The notes under the pieces were generated by a model, which was given only the letters and a program-made list of their open reading frames with translations, searched no databases and was not told the origin of the DNA. A stretch of 64,000 nucleotides of DNA from Candidatus Fermentibacterota bacterium (GTDB taxonomy: Bacteria > Fermentibacterota > Fermentibacteria > Fermentibacterales > JCC-6), in NCBI GenBank assembly GCA_963845085.1, contig CAWJQI010000005.1:905608-969607 (forward strand), read 5' to 3'. Every line of letters starts with the position of its first letter. Within the stretch, counting starts at the first letter, position 1. Both the position numbers and the translations under genes were made by a program. Of the stretch, positions 53,505 through 61,974 are shown piece after piece.

Positions 53505-54848
53505 TCAGGGGGTCAGCCTTTTCACATCCCTGGGGAACATCGTGGTGTGCCTGATGTTCTCCACGCCGAGCAGCCTGGCTGTGATTCTCTCAAGACCGAT
53601 GGCCAGGCCGCCGTGCGGCGGAAGGCCGTAGTCATGGGCCTGCAGGTAGTCGTGGAAGTCGCCGGGGTCAAGCCCGAACCGTTTCATCTTCTCAACCTGC
53701 ATCGTGTAGTCATGTATCCGCTGGCCGCCCGTGGTTATCTCAAGCCCCCTGAAGAGCAGGTCGAAGCTGCGGGTAGTGCCCGGCGCGTCGGGATCATCCA
53801 TGGTGTAGAACGGGCGCTTCTCCGTGGGGAAATGGCTGACAAAGACGAAGTCGCTTCCCCACTCCCGGGCGGAATGTCCGCACAGAAGCCGCTCCTCTTC
53901 GGGATCGAGGTCAGGTTCCGCCGAGTAGTCACGCTCCCCGAGCCTGCCCGTTATCTCGTGCGCCTCGGCCAGTGTGACGCAGGGAACCTCGAATGGCATC
54001 GCGGGCATCTCAACTGCAAGCAGTGACAGCTCCGGTGAGTATTCCCGCTTGAGCAGGTCAAGGCAGTAGCCAAGCAGCTCGACTTCCAGTTTCATCACAT
54101 CGGTGTGGTCGGTGATAAAGCCCATTTCGAAATCGAGCGACGTATACTCGTTGACGTGTCTGCTCGTCTGGTGAGGTTCAGCCCGGAAGACCGGACCGGT
54201 CTCGAACACCCGTTCGTATATCCCCACACCCATCTGCTTGTAGAACTGCGGTGACTGCGCAAGAAATGCAGTTCTGTCGAAGTACTTGACTGGAAAAATG
54301 TTGGCTCCGCCCTCGGCGCCGGCCATGCAGATCTTCGGAGTATGTATCTCGGTAAAGCCGTTCTGGTGCAGGAACCCGCGAAAGCCCCTGCAGAACCCCT
54401 CGGCTATCCTGAGCCGTGCCCGCTCGACCGGGTGGCGGAGGCTCAGCGGCCTGAGGTCGAGGTTGTTGTCGATGTGGAGATCGAGGACTTTTTTGGAAAG
54501 GTCAACCGGGGAGCGGCTGTGCGGAGTCGACAACAGCTGCACGCCCTGCACCTGTATCTCGATGTTGGCGGGATTTATGGAGGGGTCCTTGATCACGGCC
54601 TCCTTCACCAGCCCCGTCACCACCACGGACTGTTCCTCGGTGATGCTTTCGAGGATGGTGGTTCCACTGTCACCCGACACGATGCACTGCACCAGGCCGT
54701 CATGTCTTCTGAGTATTACGAAGGCTCCCCAGGAAAGCCTTCTTATCCTCATCACCATGCCGTGAAGGGTGACCGTTTCACCGGCCATCCCAGCGAGCTC
54801 GCCCGATGAAAGAGGCGCTCTGCATTCTCCGGATGGTAACCTTGTCAT
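53505..54848 (-). CDS. aspS: aspartate--tRNA ligase, archaeal/eukaryotic type (class IIb)
   Basis: ~440 aa with no GAD insertion. Motif 2 is FRAEPHQTSRHVNEYTSLDFEM, and motif 3 is GLPPHGGLAIGLERI. Confidence 0.9.
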   Translation of the reverse strand: MTRLPSGECRAPLSSGELAGMAGETVTLHGMVMRIRRLSWGAFVILRRHDGLVQCIVSGDSGTTILESITEEQSVVVTGLVKEAVIKDPSINPANIEIQVQGVQLLSTPHSRSPVDLSKKVLDLHIDNNLDLRPLSLRHPVERARLRIAEGFCRGFRGFLHQNGFTEIHTPKICMAGAEGGANIFPVKYFDRTAFLAQSPQFYKQMGVGIYERVFETGPVFRAEPHQTSRHVNEYTSLDFEMGFITDHTDVMKLEVELLGYCLDLLKREYSPELSLLAVEMPAMPFEVPCVTLAEAHEITGRLGERDYSAEPDLDPEEERLLCGHSAREWGSDFVFVSHFPTEKRPFYTMDDPDAPGTTRSFDLLFRGLEITTGGQRIHDYTMQVEKMKRFGLDPGDFHDYLQAHDYGLPPHGGLAIGLERITARLLGVENIRHTTMFPRDVKRLTP

Positions 54849-55204
54849 CTTTCCTCCTTCATGGTGCTTTTAATAACCCTTACAAGCCTGTTCGGCGTTC
54901 CCTCGTACCTCGCAAGAGCATCGATGCACAGGTGTTCGATGCGGATCGAAAGCTCTTCAGCCTCGGTCGTGAGCGCTTCGGCCCTGCGTGCGGAAGAAGT
55001 GAGCTGCCTGGCCCTGGCCCTGATCTCACGAACCCTCACCTGGTAATGGGTTCTGCATCTCTCCCTGAACACCGACATTTCAGCGAGGCCGCCCTTCAGA
55101 GCTTCCTCCTTCTCCAGGCCGAAACCCTCATCCAGCCTGGCCAGGGATTTCTCCAAAAAGGCGAGCTCGGTTCCGGTTCTTTCATGGAGCACTTTCGAAC
55201 GCAT
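54845..55204 (-). CDS. hypothetical helical/coiled-coil protein, translationally coupled to aspS
   Basis: ORF 54845..55390. The ATG at 55204 avoids overlap with the divergent buk. ATGA overlap with the aspS start. No family recognised. Confidence 0.4.
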   Translation of the reverse strand: MRSKVLHERTGTELAFLEKSLARLDEGFGLEKEEALKGGLAEMSVFRERCRTHYQVRVREIRARARQLTSSARRAEALTTEAEELSIRIEHLCIDALARYEGTPNRLVRVIKSTMKEER

Positions 55205-55341
55205 ATTCCGGGCTTCCCCCTCAAGACCACGCAAAGATAGCAAAAAGCAGGATTCCCGGGTAAGCGTTGGTTGCGCAACCCCGAAAGCCGGCATAGATTT
55301 CCACGCACTGTGAAACATGGTTACCAGCCCCGGGAGGAAAG

Positions 55342-56445
55342 ATGTCCGCCGAGCCAAGAATTCTGGCTGTGAACCCAGGCTCCACTTCAACGAAGATATC
55401 CGTCTTTGAAGGCGAGAAGGAGATCTGGAGGCTGAAAATTGACCATTCCACGGAGGAACTGGCCCCCTACGACAGGATATTCGACCAGTACGACCTGCGC
55501 GAAAAGATCATCCTGAAGGCGCTTTCGAACGCCGGATACCCCATCGGAAGCTTTTCGGCAATCGTGGGGCGCGGGGGCGTATCCAAACCCATTCCCGGTG
55601 GAACCTACACAGTGACCGAAGGGCTTTTGAAGGACCTGTCCACGGGTGCATACGGCGACCACGCATCGAACCTGGGCGCGCCCATCGCGTCAAGGCTCGC
55701 TGAGAGCGCCGGATGCGTTGCCTACATGGTCGACCCCGTCGTGGTCGACGAGCTGGATGCACCGGCGCGCTTTTCCGGCCATCCCCTGATAAGACGTCGC
55801 TCGATATTCCACGCCCTCAACCAGAGGGCGGTTGCCCGCAAGGCAGCCGGGGAAATGGGCAAAGGGTACGACGAATGCAACTTCGTCGTTGTCCACCTGG
55901 GCGGCGGGATTAGCGTGGGCGCCCACAGGAAGGGAAGGGTCGTGGACGTGAACAACGCCCTCGACGGAGACGGTCCCTTTTCTCCGGAAAGGTCGGGGGG
56001 GCTTCCCTCCGGGCAGCTTGCGGCGCTCTGCTACAGCGGGGAATTCACGCTCGACACGGTCAAGAAAATGATAAAGGGGCAGGGCGGCATCGTCGCCTAC
56101 CTCCATACCAATGACATGCGCATCGTGGAGGAAAGGATCGCCGCCGGGGACAGTGAATGGAGGGAGATCTACCACGCCATGGCCTATCAGGTTTCAAAGG
56201 AGATCGGCGCCATGGCGGCAGTTCTCAAGGGCGACATCGACGCGATAATCATCACCGGCGGGATAGCGTACGACAGGCAGTTCATCTCCTGGATCGAGGA
56301 GATGACAGGTTTCCTTGCGCCCATGCGGGTGATCCCGGGCGAAATGGAGATGGAGGCACTGGCGTTTGGCGCGCTTCGGGTCATAAGCGGCCGGGAGGCC
56401 CCTCAGATATACGAACCAGACACACCTAAGGATGGGAACTCATGA
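55342..56445 (+). CDS. buk: butyrate kinase
   Basis: The N-terminus [17 protein letters not shown] and [13 protein letters not shown] are ASKHA butyrate-kinase motifs. GGGAGGAAAG RBS. Confidence 0.92.
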   Translation: MSAEPRILAVNPGSTSTKISVFEGEKEIWRLKIDHSTEELAPYDRIFDQYDLREKIILKALSNAGYPIGSFSAIVGRGGVSKPIPGGTYTVTEGLLKDLSTGAYGDHASNLGAPIASRLAESAGCVAYMVDPVVVDELDAPARFSGHPLIRRRSIFHALNQRAVARKAAGEMGKGYDECNFVVVHLGGGISVGAHRKGRVVDVNNALDGDGPFSPERSGGLPSGQLAALCYSGEFTLDTVKKMIKGQGGIVAYLHTNDMRIVEERIAAGDSEWREIYHAMAYQVSKEIGAMAAVLKGDIDAIIITGGIAYDRQFISWIEEMTGFLAPMRVIPGEMEMEALAFGALRVISGREAPQIYEPDTPKDGNS

Positions 56446-57662
56446 GCAGTGATTTTGAGAAGGCGAGGTCGGCCTGGGAAGAGGGGATGGTAAGGAAGAC
56501 CCTCGACAAGTTCCCGGAGCGGCGAAGCGAGTTCAAAACACCCGGTGGAATACCTGTTGAAAGGGTGTACCACCCGGAATGCCCCGATCGTGATTTCCTT
56601 TCGAAACAGGGGTTCCCGGGAGAGTACCCCTTCACGAGGGGCGTTCAGCCCACCATGTACCGGGGCAGGTTCTGGACCATGCGGCAGTATGCCGGCTTCG
56701 GCACGGCGGAAGAATCGAACCAACGCTACAGGTACCTGCTTGGAGCAGGGCAGACCGGCCTTTCCGTGGCCTTCGACCTTCCTACGCAGATCGGCTACGA
56801 TTCCGACCACCCGCTCTGTGCCGGAGAGGTTGGGAAGGTCGGAGTCGCCATAGACAGCCTCGCGGACATGGAGATTCTCTTCGCGGACATTCCCCTCGAC
56901 ACTGTCTCGACGAGCATGACCATCAACGCACCGGCGGCTGTCCTTCTCGCCATGTACATCGCTGTGGCCGAAAAGCAGGGTGTCAAGCGCGAAACACTTC
57001 AGGGAACGATTCAGAACGACATCCTGAAGGAGTACATGGCCAGGGGAACGTACATCTTCCCCCCGACCCCTTCGATGCGGTTGATCACCGACATTTTTGC
57101 TTTCTGCAGGACCGAAGTGCCGAAATGGAACACGATCTCCATCAGCGGTTACCACATAAGGGAAGCGGGCAGCACCGCGGCGCAGGAGGTTGCCTTCACG
57201 CTGGCGGACGGGATAGCCTATGTGGATGCTGCCATCCGGGCCGGCATGGATGTTGACGAGTTCGCACCGAGGCTGAGCTTCTTCTTCAACGCCCACAACG
57301 ACCTCTTCGAAGAGGTGGCCAAGTTCCGCGCCGCCAGAAGGCTCTGGGCGTTCATCATGAAGAACAGGTTCAAGGCGGTCGATCCGCGAAGCCAGATGCT
57401 GCGGTTTCATACGCAGACCGGGGGCAGCACCCTCACCGCTCAACAGCCCGACAACAACATCGTGAGGGTGGCGGTCCAAACGCTGGCCGCGGTTCTGGGC
57501 GGCACCCAGAGCCTGCATACCAACAGCCGTGACGAAGCCCTCGCCCTTCCAACGGAACACGCCGTGACGATCGCCCTGAGAACCCAGCAGATCATCGCAA
57601 ACGAAAGCGGTGTAACCGACACCATCGACCCGCTGGGGGAAGCTGGTACATTGAAAGCCTGA
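56442..57662 (+). CDS. methylmalonyl-CoA mutase catalytic (TIM-barrel) subunit, 5' fragment ending at a frameshift
   Basis: Motifs [44 protein letters not shown] and [13 protein letters not shown]. The reading frame breaks right after DPLG at the G5 run 57635-57639. Confidence 0.9.
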   Translation: MSSDFEKARSAWEEGMVRKTLDKFPERRSEFKTPGGIPVERVYHPECPDRDFLSKQGFPGEYPFTRGVQPTMYRGRFWTMRQYAGFGTAEESNQRYRYLLGAGQTGLSVAFDLPTQIGYDSDHPLCAGEVGKVGVAIDSLADMEILFADIPLDTVSTSMTINAPAAVLLAMYIAVAEKQGVKRETLQGTIQNDILKEYMARGTYIFPPTPSMRLITDIFAFCRTEVPKWNTISISGYHIREAGSTAAQEVAFTLADGIAYVDAAIRAGMDVDEFAPRLSFFFNAHNDLFEEVAKFRAARRLWAFIMKNRFKAVDPRSQMLRFHTQTGGSTLTAQQPDNNIVRVAVQTLAAVLGGTQSLHTNSRDEALALPTEHAVTIALRTQQIIANESGVTDTIDPLGEAGTLKA

Positions 57663-57712
57663 CCGACACCGTCGAAAAGCAGGCGCTTGAACTCATCAAC
57701 GACATTGACGCG

Positions 57713-58102
57713 ATGGGGGGGATGGTGAAGGCCATCGAGGAGGGCTACCCTCAGAAGCGCATCCAGGACGCCGCCTACAACTATCAGAAGCAGGTCGAGT
57801 CGGGCGAACGCGTTGTTGTCGGAGTCAACAAGTTCCAGCAGAAGGAAACAGGCAGGGCCGACCTGCTGAAGGTCAACCCCGAGGTCGAAAACTCGCAGCG
57901 TCAGAAGCTCGCCGCGGTGAAAGCAGAGCGGTGCGATACCGATGCAGTGCAGGCACTTGAAGCACTGGGAAAAGATGCACGCGGCTCCGCGAACCTGATG
58001 CCGTCGATCCTTGAATGCGTTCGGCGTTACGCAACGCTGGGCGAGATCTGCGGCGTTCTTCGAGGGGAATTCGGGGAGTACCAGCCGAAGACCGTCGTCT
58101 AG
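57713..58102 (+). CDS. methylmalonyl-CoA mutase catalytic subunit, 3' fragment
   Basis: MGGMVKAIEEGYPQKRIQDAAY... continues the mutase. The same frame upstream reads [25 protein letters not shown] with no stop back to the G-run. Confidence 0.85.
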   Translation: MGGMVKAIEEGYPQKRIQDAAYNYQKQVESGERVVVGVNKFQQKETGRADLLKVNPEVENSQRQKLAAVKAERCDTDAVQALEALGKDARGSANLMPSILECVRRYATLGEICGVLRGEFGEYQPKTVV

Positions 58103-58110
58103 CGCTTCCC

Positions 58111-58130
58111 TCCCCTGAACGGCCAGGGGA
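58111..58130. terminator. short hairpin between convergent genes (weak terminator candidate)
   Basis: TCCCCTG-aacggc-CAGGGGA, with no U-tract on either strand. Confidence 0.3.
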
Positions 58131-59375
58131 TCAGAGCAGCACGACCCGGACCGAGGCGGATGTATCGCCGTTCACGACCCTGAGCATGAATACGCCGGCC
58201 GCCATGCGGACACCATGGCGGTCGGTTCCGTCCCAGAACGCCGCCGATCCGTCCGGGCCGGATGAAGCCGGAACAAGGCTTGTCACCATCCTGCCTGAAA
58301 GATCGTACACCAGAACTGTCGAGCCATCGCCGAACCCCCTGCCGAGCCTGATCGACAGCAGCGAGGAAAAGGGGTTCGGGGACACCGAGATGGATGACCC
58401 GGCCGGATTGCATTCAGGGACGGAGAGGTCAGGCCTGAGCCCCATGCTGTGAAAGGCGCCCCCGGATACCGCTGTAAAACCGCAGTTCGGCTCGGGCACC
58501 TGGCACTGCCCCCAGTTGTCGTAACCCCAGGCGGAAATGGAGCCGCTTTGCCTCAGGCCGAGCGTGTGCTTGCCGCCGGCATCCTGAGCGATGAAGCCGC
58601 TGTTCGGTTCGGGAACCTGGCACTGCCCCCAGTTGTCGTAGCCCCAGGCGACCATCGAAGAATCGGCCCTCAGACCAACGCTGTGCAACCCGCCGCCGGA
58701 CATCGAGATGAAATTCTGGTTCGGCGGAGGCACATGACACTGGCCGTCGCCGTTGTCGCCCCAGCAGACCAGGCTCCCGTCGAGCCGGAGGGCGAGGCTG
58801 TGGAAATTCCCGGCAGCCACCAGCGTAAAACCCTGGTTCGGCTCGGGCACCTCGCACTGCCCATGGCTGTTGGAACCCCAGGCGCAAACCGAGTGGTCGC
58901 TCCTGACGGCAAGGCAGTGACCGCCTCCGGCGGCGATCGCCAAAAAACCGCTGTTCGGCTCGGGTACGTCGCACACTCCTGTGCCGGGGTTTCCCCATAC
59001 CGCGATGCTTCCGTCCTCATGAAGGGCCATGCTGTGAAAGTTGCCCGCGGCTATTGCAACGAATCCCGTGTTCGGGGATGGGACATCGCACTGACCGTAG
59101 CAGTTGTTGCCCCACGCCGTGACGGAACCGTCCTCCCTCAGGGCAAGGTTGTGGAAGCCGCCGGCTGCGATCGCCGCAATGCCGCTGTTCGGTTCGGGGA
59201 TGTTGCACTGGCCGTACCGGTTGTTCCCCCAGGCCACGATGGAACCTGATGCATAGGCGTTCGTTGACGCTGCGAGGCACAGAAGGATGATTGCAGCTGA
59301 AGAAGATCCGCGACCGGTCCACAACACTGCGGTCACCTCCCATCGGAGCGAATAACCGGTGTTAGTGTACAACAT
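58131..59375 (-). CDS. seven-repeat RCC1-like beta-propeller protein with T9SS C-terminal sorting domain
   Basis: Seven ~40-aa repeats of WG.N..GQC.VPEPN.GF.AIAAG..H..AL..DGS. The C-terminal ~80 aa (SPNPFSS...VYDLSGRMV...GVFMLRV...VRVVLL) match the Por_Secre_tail pattern. An alternative GTG start at 59337 (RBS GGAGG) gives a cleaner signal peptide. Confidence 0.85.
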   Translation of the reverse strand: MLYTNTGYSLRWEVTAVLWTGRGSSSAAIILLCLAASTNAYASGSIVAWGNNRYGQCNIPEPNSGIAAIAAGGFHNLALREDGSVTAWGNNCYGQCDVPSPNTGFVAIAAGNFHSMALHEDGSIAVWGNPGTGVCDVPEPNSGFLAIAAGGGHCLAVRSDHSVCAWGSNSHGQCEVPEPNQGFTLVAAGNFHSLALRLDGSLVCWGDNGDGQCHVPPPNQNFISMSGGGLHSVGLRADSSMVAWGYDNWGQCQVPEPNSGFIAQDAGGKHTLGLRQSGSISAWGYDNWGQCQVPEPNCGFTAVSGGAFHSMGLRPDLSVPECNPAGSSISVSPNPFSSLLSIRLGRGFGDGSTVLVYDLSGRMVTSLVPASSGPDGSAAFWDGTDRHGVRMAAGVFMLRVVNGDTSASVRVVLL

Positions 59376-59423
59376 GTCAGGAACAAAGAAAAGGGCTGCC
59401 CCCCTTGCCGATGGGTCGGCTTG

Positions 59424-59452
59424 TTGACACCGGCATTGCCCTCTCATATACA
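59424..59452 (+). promoter_or_regulatory. candidate promoter (TTGACA-N17-TATACA) for 59498..60325
   Basis: -35 is at 59424-59429 and -10 at 59447-59452. An AAGGGGG RBS precedes the ATG. Confidence 0.45.
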
Positions 59453-59497
59453 TAACTTTGCCAGTTTGGCGAGGTTTCATTTTGAAGGGGGTGTGGA

Positions 59498-60325
59498 ATG
59501 AAGATTATTGTTACACTTCTGTTGGTGGCGGGTGTTGTTCTGGCCACCACCGACATGGCGCCCACGGTCGGCGTCAGGCCACAGGGCGTTGACACCTGGC
59601 TTGAGCAGATCGGCAGCATCGACGTCGAAGCCGTAGCAGGAAACGCCTACAGCGTGGGTTGCGGTTTTGACGGAACATATCTGTGGGCAACCAACGGCGC
59701 CGGTCAGGCCGGCGGCACAACCGGTGTGTTCATCCTTTTCGAGGAGGACGGCACCTACTTCGCTACCTACAACCAGAACAACGCTCCGGGCTGGGGTCTG
59801 CGTGACCTCACATTCGACGGAACCTACATGTACGGAAGCGTGACCACCGCCATCGACTACTACGATGTCGGCACGCACGCGAAGGTCGGCGCCTTCACAG
59901 GCCCCCAGAACCCCAACAGGGCCCTTGCCTTCGACGGCACCTACTTCTACACCGGCAACTTCGGCACCGAAGTCTACCGCCTCACCTGGAACGGCGTAAG
60001 CGGATCGACCGCCACCAGCACCATCTGGTCCACCGCCGCCACCAGCGTGTACGGCGCCGCCTGGGATGAGCTCAACGACTGCATGTGGGTCACCAGCGCC
60101 GACGCTTCGGGCATAGTCGCCCAGATCGACCCCGCCGGCGCCCTCATTGCGAACCATGTCCTTGTTTCCGGCGGAACTTTTGGCGGTGCCTGCATGGGTT
60201 CCGACTCCCCCGTCAACACACTCTGGATCCTGAACCAGGGCACCCCCGACACACTGCTGGGCTTCGATGTCAACCCCGAAGCGCTCACCAGGGACACCTG
60301 GGGCGCCATCAAGGCTGTGTTCTAA
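59498..60325 (+). CDS. secreted hypothetical protein with four (F/E)DGTY repeats, ending in ...LTRDTWGAIKAVF
   Basis: Signal peptide MKIIVTLLLVAGVVLATT. Repeats are GFDGTYLW, EEDGTYFA, TFDGTYMY and AFDGTYFY. The C-terminal tag is shared with 25233..25958. Confidence 0.7.
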   Translation: MKIIVTLLLVAGVVLATTDMAPTVGVRPQGVDTWLEQIGSIDVEAVAGNAYSVGCGFDGTYLWATNGAGQAGGTTGVFILFEEDGTYFATYNQNNAPGWGLRDLTFDGTYMYGSVTTAIDYYDVGTHAKVGAFTGPQNPNRALAFDGTYFYTGNFGTEVYRLTWNGVSGSTATSTIWSTAATSVYGAAWDELNDCMWVTSADASGIVAQIDPAGALIANHVLVSGGTFGGACMGSDSPVNTLWILNQGTPDTLLGFDVNPEALTRDTWGAIKAVF

Positions 60326-60347
60326 CAGCAGCCTGCATCATGCCACG

Positions 60348-60371
60348 GGAAGGCCCCCTCGGGGGCCTTCC
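60348..60371 (+). terminator. hairpin terminator
   Basis: GGAAGGCCCC-ctcg-GGGGCCTTCC followed by TTCAAATT. Confidence 0.55.
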
Positions 60372-60408
60372 TTCAAATTGGACCACGATCCGGTGAAAGG
60401 GCGTTCAA

Positions 60409-61974
60409 ATGAACTGGAAGGTTCTCACCCCTGCAATACTGATGGTCTTTCTCTTCGGCTGCGGAGGGACGGATGGTGATGACTGGATAGTAAGGACCAC
60501 CGGCGACACCGTGACCGTTCGTGAAGCCGGTGCACTCTGGACCGGCCTTGAAGCAGAGGAGCGCGACCTGTTCATTGCGGATGAGGAACCGGTTGAATCC
60601 TTCATCCTCGCCCTGGCACGCAGATCCATGATAAACGCGGAACTCGAGGCGTCGGGGCTTCGCCTTTCCGACAAGGTGCTGAGGTATGAGAGTGCATGGA
60701 CACGTTCAGCCCTTTTCATAGCCCTTGCCGATTCCCTGCCCGCCATTCTGATGCGCGGCTACGACGAGACCGACATCGAATTCTTCCGCAGCCATATGGG
60801 AAGCACGGTCTGGTTCACCGACCTCTCCACCGGAGTTCAGCAGGGGCCGCAACACCTCCCCGAGCTTCCTCCGGAGCTTGTCATTGCGTTGTCGACAGCC
60901 GAGCCCGGCGGATCAGTCCAGCATGAGGGCAGGTCGTTCCGGCTTGACTCGATTGCGGGTACCGACAGCATTCTCCTTGCGGAAACCCTGGCTGACACGG
61001 TTCACGTCAGACGGCTGGCCATGTCGAGAATGGCTTCCGCGGAAGCCCAGAGAATAATCATCGAAGCCGAGGCGCGGGCTCTCTCCGAAACCTTCATCGA
61101 CACTGCTCTGGTTGCGGCCTACGCGCAGGTTTCGGGCAACCTCGACTCGGGCTCGCTGGATGCCGATGCCGTGATCCTCGACGGCCCGACACTGTCACTC
61201 ACGGTGGGCGACCTCTACTGGGAGATCGCATTCACAGCGCAAAGCATTCCGGTCTCCCCGGCTTCCCCGGAATGGCTGCTCTACTACCTCGGCAACCAGG
61301 TGAGGCTCTCGGCCGGCGCCTCGATGTTTGGTGAACGGTGGCCCGATGAGGCTGCACGCATTCGGGAGGAAGGGAGCCGTTTCGGCGGGGAAACCGCCCT
61401 CGAGGCGCTGTACGAGCAGCAGGTCAGCTCTGTTGTTGCGGTTACCGATTCAATGCTTCACGCCGAATTCGAGTCACTCTCCGAACCCCTGCTCCTTCCG
61501 GAACAGAGGGTTCTCGAGATCGGCCTGGTGCCGGAACAGAACCGTGTCGAACTGCGTACGGCCCTGCAGAACGGCGATGCTGACGCCGTACGGACGCTGC
61601 TTCAGCCTTACTCGAGCTGGGAGGGCTTCGATACCGGTTCGCTTGTCTCCAGTGCCGTGACCGCGAGCATGGTTCCGGAGGCAATGGGATCGATCGTGTT
61701 CTCCGCCGATCCTGCGGATACCACGACCTGGTTCGGTCCGATCGAAACACAGCACGGATCCATGATGGTCTACCGAACGGCTCAGGTGCTGCCGAGGGAG
61801 CAGGCAACCTTCGAGGAAGCTACGGACTGGCTGGAAGCGCGCGTCAGGCAGCAGCTCGAGGAAGCCCGCACGCTGGAATGGATGGCGGAACTGGAGGAAA
61901 GCATGGGGTTGGAGATAAACCGGGCCATTCTGTCAGACCTGCCTGCTGATCCTGCATTGTGGGCGGAGCTTTGA
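60409..61974 (+). CDS. lipoprotein, possibly a SurA/PpiD-like chaperone with a degenerate parvulin-like C-terminal domain
   Basis: Lipobox LFGCGG. The C-terminal WFGPIETQHGSMMVYRTAQV...ATFEEA resembles a PpiC-type fold. The assignment is weak. Confidence 0.6.
   Translation: MNWKVLTPAILMVFLFGCGGTDGDDWIVRTTGDTVTVREAGALWTGLEAEERDLFIADEEPVESFILALARRSMINAELEASGLRLSDKVLRYESAWTRSALFIALADSLPAILMRGYDETDIEFFRSHMGSTVWFTDLSTGVQQGPQHLPELPPELVIALSTAEPGGSVQHEGRSFRLDSIAGTDSILLAETLADTVHVRRLAMSRMASAEAQRIIIEAEARALSETFIDTALVAAYAQVSGNLDSGSLDADAVILDGPTLSLTVGDLYWEIAFTAQSIPVSPASPEWLLYYLGNQVRLSAGASMFGERWPDEAARIREEGSRFGGETALEALYEQQVSSVVAVTDSMLHAEFESLSEPLLLPEQRVLEIGLVPEQNRVELRTALQNGDADAVRTLLQPYSSWEGFDTGSLVSSAVTASMVPEAMGSIVFSADPADTTTWFGPIETQHGSMMVYRTAQVLPREQATFEEATDWLEARVRQQLEEARTLEWMAELEESMGLEINRAILSDLPADPALWAEL

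Noticed and set aside
58380-59230. Regular 120-nt DNA periodicity that could be mistaken for a CRISPR-like or satellite array.
   Set aside because: The repeats are in frame, contiguous with no spacers, and encode the seven RCC1-like blades of one ORF.
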